From a bacterium (GTDB lineage Bacteria; Auribacterota; UBA3054; JAPLST01), in contig JAPLST010000370.1 of assembly GCA_026398485.1 (NCBI GenBank), positions 1 through 38,559 of the forward strand: DNA of 38,559 bases, given 5' to 3'. The notes under the pieces were generated by a model that was not told where the DNA came from, made no database searches, and saw nothing but the letters and a program-made list of their open reading frames with translations. A program made the translations under genes and the position numbers. Of this stretch, positions 26,455 to 34,228 are shown piece after piece (the first letter of the stretch is position 1; each line of letters starts with the position of its first letter).

Positions 26455-26579
26455 AATCAATGCGCGCGTTGTTTATCGTGGTTTCTTGCGCTTTATGGAT
26501 TGCGGCTGGCGCTTTCTGGCGAGTTGGCCACGCAAGGCATCAGACCCAGCAAGCCACCGCAGGGCATAACGAGCAATAG
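26451..26579 (+). CDS. Candidate 42-aa single-pass membrane micro-protein
   Basis: It is below the track size cut-off. ATG 26451 overlaps the upstream stop (ATGA), and AAGGAG lies at 26443-26448. The translation is MKSMRALFIVVSCALWIAAGAFWRVGHARHQTQQATAGHNEQ, with one hydrophobic helix. Support is only positional. Confidence 0.35.
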   Translation: MKSMRALFIVVSCALWIAAGAFWRVGHARHQTQQATAGHNEQ

Positions 26580-26727
26580 GACAATGGCTGGCATTATTGA
26601 AATCATCGCGCAGTTCATCATTGGTTATAATTGTAGGCAACGCGCATTGCGTCAGCACTACCGAACTGAGCGTGCAATCCGCTGCGCGCGAGGCGGCCTA
26701 ACCACTTAGTGGAACAAGGAGGATAGC

Positions 26728-27051
26728 GTGCAGCAGCCTATGTGGCCTTATATTTCGTCCGTGATCGCATACCAAATCCCCCAAATGGTTATTCTGGTGG
26801 CCTGTGTAATTTATGTTGTGAAGACCGGCCGCGCCGCAGGCTACCTCATGCTTGCTGCACAACTTGGTCTGGTTGCGTGTGCACTGGTACGGATCGCCGT
26901 GATCTGTTGGTACTTCGGTTCAGCCGTCGAACGCTCGGCCTACCAGTTTGTATCGATGGCGGGTATCGTCTGCGTGTCGGCCTTCGCCATTGGTTTCGTC
27001 TGGCTCGTGCTTGGTGTGGTGAAAGAGCGCGGCACCAACGCGGGCGGCTGA
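26728..27051 (+). CDS. Small multi-pass membrane protein (107 aa)
   Basis: Track ORF. GTG 26728 lies 5 nt after AAGGAGG (26716-26722). Three hydrophobic segments are visible (VILVACVIYVV, YLMLAAQLGLVACALVRIAVICWYF, MAGIVCVSAFAIGFVWLVLGVV). Confidence 0.65.
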   Translation: MQQPMWPYISSVIAYQIPQMVILVACVIYVVKTGRAAGYLMLAAQLGLVACALVRIAVICWYFGSAVERSAYQFVSMAGIVCVSAFAIGFVWLVLGVVKERGTNAGG

Positions 27052-27065
27052 CGCGTCCGGTTGTC

Positions 27066-28739
27066 ATGAAACGCGCGATTTGGGCATTGTCTTGTCTGCT
27101 GCTGTGCGCCAGCGCGGGCGTCCTTAGCGGCGTGCCGCCGCCGCCCGTGGCCTCGTGGGATAACGCCCGGCTGTGGAAGACGAGCACGGATGGCAAATCC
27201 TCGCTGACATTTGCCCGTGAAGCCGCGCTGGACGGCACATGCCTCAAACTCGACTACTCCCTGCGCGGCGCGACTGGCTTTGTGGAATTGATCCATGCAT
27301 TGAAAAAACCGATTACGGATCACGTGCCGGTCGTTTTCGAGGTCAAGGCGCAGGGCGCCGGCAATCTCGAAGTGAAACTCGAGGATGCCGACGGCTCGAT
27401 TTTCATTGTCAGATGGCCGATCGCCGGCAACCATGCCGCTTGGACACCAATCGTTGTCTATCCGGAAAACACAGAATATGGCTGGGGTGGCGACGATACG
27501 TTCAACGGGCTGGCCACATTCCGGCTTGCCATCGCGGGCACCGGCAAGGGCATTGTCCGGCTGCGGCATGCGGGCGTGGGCGCACTGGGGACACCGTCGC
27601 ACCTGCCGGTCCTCGGGCCGGTGCTGGATCCCGATCGCGCGCTGCCCGGCATCGGCTTCCGCCAACGGCGCGCCACCACGTTAATCCCGCAAGACCCCCG
27701 CGTGCTCGCATGGATGAAGCAAGTGCAGGACACCGCCACGCCGCAGAAACAATTGCTGCCGGCAATGGAAAACGACGAACTGCAGACGTTCAACAACGCG
27801 CTGGCCGCAATGGCGTTCCTGCTCATGGGCGAAAAGGAACGCGCCCAACGCATCCTCGATTTTTACGCCGCGGCCACGGTGCGCACCAATGCCGACCCGT
27901 CCCTGCAAAATTTTTTCCTCAACGGCGAAGCGCGCGGCTTTTTCCAGGTGGTCCGCATGCAGCCCAAGCCGTATCACGCCGCCGGCCCAAACGATCGCTG
28001 GATGGGCGACATGGTCTGGCTCGCCTTGGCCTACAAATACTACGAGAAACTGTATGGCCCCGCGCGCTATCAGGAGATCACGGGGTTGCTGAAGGACTTG
28101 CTCCTGTCCTGGTATACCGACGATGCCAGCGGTCCTGGCGGCTATTTCCGGCATGGCTGGCTTAAGGGCGACACGCAACTGCATGAAGCCTTTGGCCATC
28201 ACGAGGGCAACATTGACGCGTATGCCCTTTGCAAACTGTGGGGCGATGAAGCGCATGCCCGCAGCGTCAAAACATGGCTCGCCCGCGCACTCCCGCGCCA
28301 AAATCTGCCGCTCGACCTGTGTACCTGGCGGACACTGGCGTTTGGCAAGGAATGCGCCGGCGTGCTTGACATCCCCGACTACGATCTGCGCTATCGCAAG
28401 ATTTTCACGCACAACGGCCGGCCGGTGATGGGCCTCTATGACCATCCCGACATCACCGTGACCAACTCGTGGCTGGATGGCGTCGGCCAGATGGCCTGCG
28501 CGTACATCGCGGTGGGCAACAAGCCGCGCGGCTATTTCTACGCCAATCAAATCGACGCGTTTCTGATTGACCGCACGATCAACGGCGTCAAAACGCGCAC
28601 CGTGCCGTTCACCGCCAATCAAAGCGGCAGCTATGGCTGGGTGCGACTCGACCGCGGCTTCATCTCGGCGGCGGCGTGGTACATTTTCGCGAAGCACGAA
28701 TTCAATCGCATGACGCTGGAGAGCTTCAAGGACGAATAG
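27066..28739 (+). CDS. Secreted protein (557 aa) with an N-terminal CBM-like beta-sandwich and a C-terminal alpha/alpha-barrel glycosidase-like region
   Basis: The first 108 codons of track ORF 26742..28739 overlap the membrane-protein gene in another frame and look like nonsense. ATG 27066 gives MKRAIWALSCLLLCASAGVLSG, a signal peptide. The N-terminal part (LKLDYSLRGATGFVELIHAL...NLEVKLEDADGSIF) resembles carbohydrate-binding sandwich modules. The C-terminal part is helix-rich (TFNNALAAMAFLLMGEKERAQRILDFY...WMGDMVWLALAY). The functional call is weak. Confidence 0.85.
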   Translation: MKRAIWALSCLLLCASAGVLSGVPPPPVASWDNARLWKTSTDGKSSLTFAREAALDGTCLKLDYSLRGATGFVELIHALKKPITDHVPVVFEVKAQGAGNLEVKLEDADGSIFIVRWPIAGNHAAWTPIVVYPENTEYGWGGDDTFNGLATFRLAIAGTGKGIVRLRHAGVGALGTPSHLPVLGPVLDPDRALPGIGFRQRRATTLIPQDPRVLAWMKQVQDTATPQKQLLPAMENDELQTFNNALAAMAFLLMGEKERAQRILDFYAAATVRTNADPSLQNFFLNGEARGFFQVVRMQPKPYHAAGPNDRWMGDMVWLALAYKYYEKLYGPARYQEITGLLKDLLLSWYTDDASGPGGYFRHGWLKGDTQLHEAFGHHEGNIDAYALCKLWGDEAHARSVKTWLARALPRQNLPLDLCTWRTLAFGKECAGVLDIPDYDLRYRKIFTHNGRPVMGLYDHPDITVTNSWLDGVGQMACAYIAVGNKPRGYFYANQIDAFLIDRTINGVKTRTVPFTANQSGSYGWVRLDRGFISAAAWYIFAKHEFNRMTLESFKDE

Positions 28740-28846
28740 CGGAAGGCCAAGAGGTTGTTGTAGTTACGTCGCTCTGCACCGTTTTCCCTTAACAGATGGC
28801 ATGTGGCTATTAAATTAATCTAAAATCAATAATATTAATATAACAA

Positions 28847-28875
28847 TTGACTTTATTAAACAAATATGATATAAT
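28847..28875 (+). promoter_or_regulatory. Consensus sigma70 promoter with extended -10 inside an AT-rich island
   Basis: TTGACT (28847-28852), an exact 17-nt spacer, then TGaTATAAT (TG at 28867-28868, TATAAT at 28870-28875). A 10-nt palindrome ATATTAATAT (28832-28841) lies just upstream of the -35 box. The surrounding 120 nt or so are about 20% GC, against more than 60% in the flanks. Confidence 0.7.
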
Positions 28876-28908
28876 GTTGATGTTTAAATGAAAATTAATG
28901 AGGTTAAT

Positions 28909-29307
28909 ATGGATGCTTTCAAAAACGAATGCCCCAATTGTGGCCACGCCATGGTCGTCAACGATCTGGCCTGTCCCGACTGCGGCGTGCATGTCACCGG
29001 CACCGTGGCGTTGCCACGGCTGGCGCACTTGGTGCCGGAAGACCGCGAATTTATCGAGCTCTTTGTACTGGCGAGCGGCTCGCTCAAGGAGGTGGGCCAA
29101 GTGCTGGGTATTTCGTACCCCAGCGTGCGCCAGCGCCTCGACCGTGTCATTGCGCGACTGAGCGCGCTGCGCGGCGCCAAGGAGCAGGAACGTCTGGCCG
29201 TGCTCGAACGGCTTGAACGCAATGAAATAACGGCGCAGGAGGCAGTCCAACTGTTGAAGGAACCGGCCGACCTGCCAACATCATCTCAAAAAGAGGACAT
29301 TCCATGA
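28909..29307 (+). CDS. DUF2089-type zinc-ribbon plus HTH protein with a SHOCT-like C-terminal helix (132 aa)
   Basis: The track ORF is 28888..29307. I prefer ATG 28909 because GAGG (28900-28903) lies 5 nt upstream, though 28888 is possible if the transcript is nearly leaderless. CPNCGHAMVVNDLACPDCGVHVTG is a four-Cys zinc ribbon. LPRLAHLVPEDREFIELFVLASGSLKEVGQVLGISYPSVRQRLDRVI matches the DUF2089 pattern (..FI..F....G..KE....LGISYPTVR..LD.V). The tail ERLERNEITAQEAVQLLKE is SHOCT-like. Confidence 0.85.
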   Translation: MDAFKNECPNCGHAMVVNDLACPDCGVHVTGTVALPRLAHLVPEDREFIELFVLASGSLKEVGQVLGISYPSVRQRLDRVIARLSALRGAKEQERLAVLERLERNEITAQEAVQLLKEPADLPTSSQKEDIP

Positions 29308-29936
29308 TCCCAATCTCAGGCTCGTTTTTAACTGCCGCGATTATTCTGGCGCTGTTGGCGGTTTTGGTGGTGCTGCTGGCGGGCGGCATTGTGGTGATTG
29401 TGATGGTCTTGCGGCGTGAAAAGTCGCAGCAGCGGCGCAGCTCGCGAGAAATCGAGAAAATCAATGCGCTGGCTGCCGCCGGCAAAATCACGGCCGAGGA
29501 AGCCAGTCAACTGCGCCAGGCGGTGATGCCGTACGCCATGCCGATCGGCGCCCCGCCGCCGGACACGCACATCAAGCAGGTTGCAATTCTGAATATCGTC
29601 TTGAGCGTCTTGAAAATCACCGGTGGTGTTGTGGTGGCGGTTGTCCTGATCATGGCCAAGACGCATGCCCATGTCGACCCGCGCTTTCCGTGGCAAAACA
29701 TGCTGCTGTTGTTGCCGGTGGGTATTCTGGTGATGGTGTTGGTGCTGGAAGGATTGCGGATCTTTGCGGCAATCGCCGTACAAAAGCGGCAGGCGTGGGC
29801 GCGCACCACTTTGATCGTGCTGGCCGTCCTGAGCCTGCTGAACTTTCCCTTCGGCACCGCAGTGGGTGGCTACACCTTGTGGGTTCTTTTGCTGCGCGAA
29901 GGGGCAGCCGCGTGGTTCGAACCGCCAGCCGTGTAA
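29304..29936 (+). CDS. Multi-pass membrane protein with a SHOCT-like cytoplasmic segment (210 aa)
   Basis: Track ORF. Its ATG overlaps the DUF2089 stop (ATGA at 29304-29307). The first transmembrane segment is FLTAAIILALLAVLVVLLAGGIVVIVMVL. It is followed by RREKSQQRRSSREIEKINALAAAGKITAEEASQLRQAV (SHOCT-like) and then 3-4 more hydrophobic helices. Confidence 0.8.
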   Translation: MIPISGSFLTAAIILALLAVLVVLLAGGIVVIVMVLRREKSQQRRSSREIEKINALAAAGKITAEEASQLRQAVMPYAMPIGAPPPDTHIKQVAILNIVLSVLKITGGVVVAVVLIMAKTHAHVDPRFPWQNMLLLLPVGILVMVLVLEGLRIFAAIAVQKRQAWARTTLIVLAVLSLLNFPFGTAVGGYTLWVLLLREGAAAWFEPPAV

Positions 29937-30085
29937 GCGCCGCGTTCGGCGCTGCCCACGAAGCCTGTGCTTCGCTGAGCTTGATCAGCCGCCGGCAGCA
30001 TTAGCGGCATTCGCTGGCTTCTGCCCGGATCCTGAAATTCCGATAGAGGGGAACATGCAAACCTGACGTAACCAAATCTGTTGCG

Positions 30086-30204
30086 GTAGGGCGGTCAGGC
30101 CCTGACCGCCGTTGCTGCATGCGCGCCCACGCCGGTGCTACAATGGCGCAGCGACGACCGCGGCGGTCAAGGGCCTGACCGCCCTACCGGTCCCGCCCTA
30201 CCGG
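30086..30204 (+). repeat. Nested GC-rich inverted and direct repeats (GTAGGGCGG family)
   Basis: GTAGGGCGGTCAGG (30086-30099) is the exact reverse complement of CCTGACCGCCCTAC (30174-30187). GGCGGTCAGG-c-CCTGACCGCC (30090-30110) is a perfect palindrome. GGCGGTCA-agggcc-TGACCGCC forms a second hairpin (30163-30184). CGCCCTACCGG occurs twice as a direct repeat (30180-30190 and 30194-30204). A related hairpin GCCGCCC-gcggcga-GGGCGGC lies at about 30408-30428. Confidence 0.85.
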
Positions 30205-30542
30205 TCTGCGCGCTCTACGCTGGCAGCTACCGTGGCAGAATCGCCGCAAGGGAATACGGCTTCCTTTCTTATAGCGGAATTTCAGTGCCCGGGGCGCTTT
30301 TATTTGCAGTCCTTGACCGGTTCTGCTACACTGGCATAACGGCACGTGCCCAGGAACAGCCAGCAAAAGTCACAACACGTCTCTTTCTACTTTGCAGTGT
30401 CCTTGTAGCCGCCCGCGGCGAGGGCGGCTTCTCCAGCCGCGGTCATCCGCGCTCCGCGCCGTTGGCGGGACGGGACTCCAAGCAGGCGCCCGCGGCCACA
30501 ATAATAGTCTATAATTGAAGAACCATCAATAATGCAACGATC

Positions 30543-33500
30543 ATGAACCTACGACTGATGGCCCGCGCCCTGTCCGCGCTCGTTTTGTGTGCCGCCCCTG
30601 TTTGTCTGGGCGCGGAGCGGTCAACGGCACAGGCCCCGACAAACCTGCTGGATCAGCTTCTGGACTTGCCCTCGCCGGCGCCTGACTGGCACGAGCAGCA
30701 GGGCACAAACCACGCGGATGCTGCAGTCGTTGACACCGCGCCGGGAAAGGAGCTGCCCGTGGATGAATTCCTCGCGCTCTGGGGCGACCGACTCACACGG
30801 GCAAAGTATGAAGCAATACCAGCCGATGGTGCCGGCAGCAACGCCTATGTGCTGTTCACCAATCAAATCCCCGCGGCGGTCAGGGAGCAACTTCTGGCCG
30901 GCTGCGAGCAATGTCCCAAACATCTGCCGTGGCTTATCAATGCCCTGCCACAGACCAGTGCTGCATACGACCGAGTCCATGCCATATTCCAGGATCCCAA
31001 AAACGCCAAGCTGTATGACAAGCGTGCTCGTGAACGCGTCAAAAACTGGCTCATGGAGCACAGCACCTACTTTCGTGCCGACTTGATTGACGCGGCCAAG
31101 CATTTGAGCTACAACGGCAACTGGCTTGAAAACACGGAAGCAATCGAGACCTTGGCCCGCGTAGACTGGCTCGCGGCACAGGCCGTTCTCGAGGCACATA
31201 CTCGCGGCACCAATGCGCATGTGGCCGCGTTTGGCCTGGCCGTGCTTTATGCCCATGCCATCAGTGACAGCAACACGAACACCGCGGTGCGCCTGCGCGC
31301 GCAGCTCCAGAGTTTTGCCCAACAAGGATTTGGAGATAACGACGTCGGCGAACAACCATGCCGCGTTCTGCTGGGCCACGACTGGCCTGGCCGTGACGAA
31401 TGGTTTATAAAGCTTCTTGCCACTGTGCCCCAGTACCAAGATTCCAGAATAGAGAGCGGCTGCGAACCTCCCGAAGTGTTCATTGCCGCAAGTCCGGACC
31501 AGCGCATTGCCATGCTCGCCGCATGCGTTGGCAGTACCAATCGGGTGCTGCACAACAATGCCGTGCAATTCCTTTTGTCGCCCAGCAGTTACGGCGAGCG
31601 GGATGATGCATTGCGGCCACTGCTTCCCTGGTTATTCGATACAAACTGGTCGGCCGCATTGAACCGCCGCGCCTTGATCTATAATCTCTCCAAGGCAAAC
31701 ATCCCCGAAAGCGTGCCCGGGCTGCTCTGGGTGGCCGAGCACGAAGACGAATTTGAACTCGGCGGTGCTGCCGAAGCCTTGGCGCACCACGGCGCAACCA
31801 ACGCGGTGCCGCTCCTCAAACAGGCAATTGCACGGACTAAACAAGAATACCATCGCAAAGACATCATCCACGCTGTTCAAACTCTTGGCGGCTTCTCGGA
31901 TCGCGAAATCGCCGACGCGGTCGTGGCGTTTGCCGTCCGCATGTCCACGCCCGAGGGTGCCGACGAGGTGGAGGATGCCGTCTACGCCGCCATTGCCAAA
32001 ACCAATCTGGATCCACAGGTAAGCTTGGGCCGGATCATGAGCGAACCGGAACAGCCGCGCGATGCCCTCGCCACGGATTTGTTCGCCCGCGCGGATCGTT
32101 TGCAGGCGACCGACGCAGATTCCGCCGCAAAATTGCGCGAACTCGTTGAAGCCTGGCCCTGCAAGGCAAGCTGCCTGGAGGTTCTCGATCGCATCACCAA
32201 TGGCACAGCCACCGCGCGGACAATCTGCGCCGCCTTGGACCACCGCGCCGCGCTGACCAACTTCCTTGGCAAGGAACTGCGCGTCGCGCTGGCGTGTACT
32301 GGTACGGCCAAGGGCATCATTGCGGTCGTGCTGGCCGACACTGTGCTGCTTGAAGGAATTTTAGACGGTCACGACGCCGAGGCGCAGGTCGCGGCATTGG
32401 CCGGCGCCCGCTTGGTGCGGCAGCCGCTGCCGGTTGACAAGGTGGCGGTCTTGCTCGATCAGCCAGCCGGCCAGCTTGCCCGCGCCGCGGAACACTACCT
32501 GGAGTGCGAGGACAGCGCCGCGGCACGGCAGGCAATCACGCGGCATAGTCATGGCACGCTGCCGATCCTTGGTGCGCGGCCGGCGTCGGATCCGGGGCAT
32601 TTCACCTTCAGCGAATTCGACCGGCAGGAAGAACGCTTGCGCGATGATATGCGTGGGCAAACTGCACCCGATGAAATCTACGCGCTGTTCAGCGCGGGAT
32701 ATTGGGGCGGGGACGACCAGCGAATTGTCCTTGTCAAGAACGGCACCGGCACGTTGCGACTGCGCTATGGCAACGGCAAGTACGCCGAGCGATCCCTCGG
32801 CAAAAATGAGCTTGACGAATTCCTTGCCATGATCAGGAAACACAACGCCGATAATCTTGCGCCACTCAACATCACCGTGTTTGATGGCATGCAGTACGAA
32901 TATGTGCATCTCACCAGTAATGGTGGCCGCCGCGTGTTCATGAACAATCCCGACAGTGCGCCAGAAAAAGGCGCGGTATATCCGTTGCTGACACGGCTGT
33001 TCTACAAATTGGCAGAAGCAGCACCATTGACGGTCCATTACGATATTGAGAAGCGCGTGAAGGGAATGACCATCGTTTTTGCGGATCTGCACAATCCGGT
33101 CGATTGTGTTTGGAAGGCGGGCAACGATACCCGTGTCCTTGTTATAGATGAAACAAACGAGACCAGTTCATGGTACGCCGTTGTGAACGGCAAACTGGCG
33201 GGCAAGGTCGGTCAGCCGGATGCCTGCCCGATCCTTGGTTACAGATTTGGCATGCCGCCGGATCAGAATTACCAGAACGTCTGGCCATGGCAGGCGACGG
33301 TGGATGGCTGCGTCATTCGCTGTGGCAGCTATCGCGCGGGCGACGATGGCGTCTGGAAATGTTCGCGGACAGGCACGCCGCGCAGATTACTCAAAGGCAA
33401 GTACGCGCACCCCATTGTCACGCCCGACGGCAGATGGCTTGTGCTGGCCAAGGCCGGCAAGCATTGGGCGGTTCCCAACATTGTCGTGCGCTACGACCTT

Positions 33501-33980
33501 GTCAACGGCCAGGAGATCCCGCTGGACATTCCCGCGGCGGATACTTTTGATCCCGTGGCATTTGTGCGGCCACACAACCGTGTGCTCCTTTACCGCCAAC
33601 GTGATGGCAGCAAGCACCGCGATGAAAAATCGGCCGGCCCCGAGCAGCCCGAGTACCGCCTGCTCGATCCGACCACCGGCACATCAACCATTGTGCAGGG
33701 CGTCTTCTGGCCGTGGGAACAACAGACATATCGTCCGCTGCAATCTGCGGGAACCAACGATCTCGTCTGGGCGGCGCGCTACATGGGCGCAGACGAGGCA
33801 ACGGTCGTGGGCCTCTATGACACCCGCGCCTTCACGTTCACCAAGCTGATGGCCATTCCTGAATTGCGGTTTAACAGCATGGACATGTGGGTTGACCAGG
33901 AAGAAAAGCAGGTCTATGTCGCGATTAACGGCGACCTGCTGCGCCTGCCTTTGCCCGCCGGCCAAGAGCACGCACCTTGA
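30543..33980 (+). CDS. Large secreted protein (1145 aa) with a HEAT/armadillo-like helical region and a C-terminal beta-propeller-like region
   Basis: Track ORF. The signal peptide is MNLRLMARALSALVLCAAPVCLGA. Helical repeats include a PBS-lyase HEAT-like unit (GGAAEALAHHGATNAVPLLKQAI). The C-terminal part has PD40/TolB-like strands (HPIVTPDGRWLVLAKAG, WVDQEEKQVYVAINGDLLRLPL). Function is unknown. Confidence 0.87.
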   Translation: MNLRLMARALSALVLCAAPVCLGAERSTAQAPTNLLDQLLDLPSPAPDWHEQQGTNHADAAVVDTAPGKELPVDEFLALWGDRLTRAKYEAIPADGAGSNAYVLFTNQIPAAVREQLLAGCEQCPKHLPWLINALPQTSAAYDRVHAIFQDPKNAKLYDKRARERVKNWLMEHSTYFRADLIDAAKHLSYNGNWLENTEAIETLARVDWLAAQAVLEAHTRGTNAHVAAFGLAVLYAHAISDSNTNTAVRLRAQLQSFAQQGFGDNDVGEQPCRVLLGHDWPGRDEWFIKLLATVPQYQDSRIESGCEPPEVFIAASPDQRIAMLAACVGSTNRVLHNNAVQFLLSPSSYGERDDALRPLLPWLFDTNWSAALNRRALIYNLSKANIPESVPGLLWVAEHEDEFELGGAAEALAHHGATNAVPLLKQAIARTKQEYHRKDIIHAVQTLGGFSDREIADAVVAFAVRMSTPEGADEVEDAVYAAIAKTNLDPQVSLGRIMSEPEQPRDALATDLFARADRLQATDADSAAKLRELVEAWPCKASCLEVLDRITNGTATARTICAALDHRAALTNFLGKELRVALACTGTAKGIIAVVLADTVLLEGILDGHDAEAQVAALAGARLVRQPLPVDKVAVLLDQPAGQLARAAEHYLECEDSAAARQAITRHSHGTLPILGARPASDPGHFTFSEFDRQEERLRDDMRGQTAPDEIYALFSAGYWGGDDQRIVLVKNGTGTLRLRYGNGKYAERSLGKNELDEFLAMIRKHNADNLAPLNITVFDGMQYEYVHLTSNGGRRVFMNNPDSAPEKGAVYPLLTRLFYKLAEAAPLTVHYDIEKRVKGMTIVFADLHNPVDCVWKAGNDTRVLVIDETNETSSWYAVVNGKLAGKVGQPDACPILGYRFGMPPDQNYQNVWPWQATVDGCVIRCGSYRAGDDGVWKCSRTGTPRRLLKGKYAHPIVTPDGRWLVLAKAGKHWAVPNIVVRYDLVNGQEIPLDIPAADTFDPVAFVRPHNRVLLYRQRDGSKHRDEKSAGPEQPEYRLLDPTTGTSTIVQGVFWPWEQQTYRPLQSAGTNDLVWAARYMGADEATVVGLYDTRAFTFTKLMAIPELRFNSMDMWVDQEEKQVYVAINGDLLRLPLPAGQEHAP

Positions 33981-34103
33981 CGTGAACAACAACCTTTTTG
34001 CCGTTTGCGAATGACAGATGCTGGTGTTACGCCAGCGAAGGCAGCAGCCAGACCCGTCCCGCCGCAGGCGTGGTTTGCAAAGACCTCATCTGCTTCTGCA
34101 CCG

Positions 34104-34138
34104 AATACTGAATACTGATTACCGATTACCGAGCAAGG
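34104..34138 (+). repeat. Degenerate heptanucleotide tandem repeat in a convergent intergenic region
   Basis: CCGAATA CTGAATA CTGATTA CCGATTA CCGAGCA makes five 7-nt units. It lies immediately 5' of the second copy of the GGGAGCGGCCTCCGYGCCGCGAAT element (34137-34160). Confidence 0.7.
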
Positions 34139-34228
34139 GAGCGGCCTCCGCGCCGCGAATCTGCCAAGTACGCCACGCGCTCCGCGCTGCACCATAATTT
34201 ATTTCGTTGCGAAAACATTACTCTGCGG

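Noticed and set aside
26584-26709. 41-aa ORF MAGIIEIIAQFIIGYNCRQRALRQHY... (part of track ORF 26500..26709), and the antisense ORF 26473..26658
   Set aside because: The ribosome-binding site is weak, the ORF uses codons that are rare for this genome (AGG, CGA, CTA), and it has no clear transmembrane or structural pattern. I cannot support it as a gene.
26742-27065. N-terminal 108 codons of track ORF 26742..28739
   Set aside because: They overlap the 107-aa membrane-protein gene in another frame and have an Arg/Cys-rich nonsense composition. ATG 27066 gives a clean signal peptide.
27239-28697. ORFs 27239..28165 (+, 308 aa) and 27681..28697 (-, 338 aa)
   Set aside because: These are alternative-frame and antisense shadows of the 557-aa secreted-protein gene. 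Both are Arg/Ala/Gly/Pro-rich.
29690-30518. ORFs 29690..30004, 29866..30066, 30112..30339, 30135..30518 and 30184..30366 in the long gap
   Set aside because: They are mutually overlapping, Arg/Pro/Cys-rich, and lack ribosome-binding sites. They are generated by the GC-rich palindromes. I treat the region as noncoding.
30621-32243. Minus-strand ORFs 30621..31568 (315 aa) and 31632..32243 (203 aa), and 32361..33092 (243 aa)
   Set aside because: They are antisense to the 1145-aa gene and have no supporting features.
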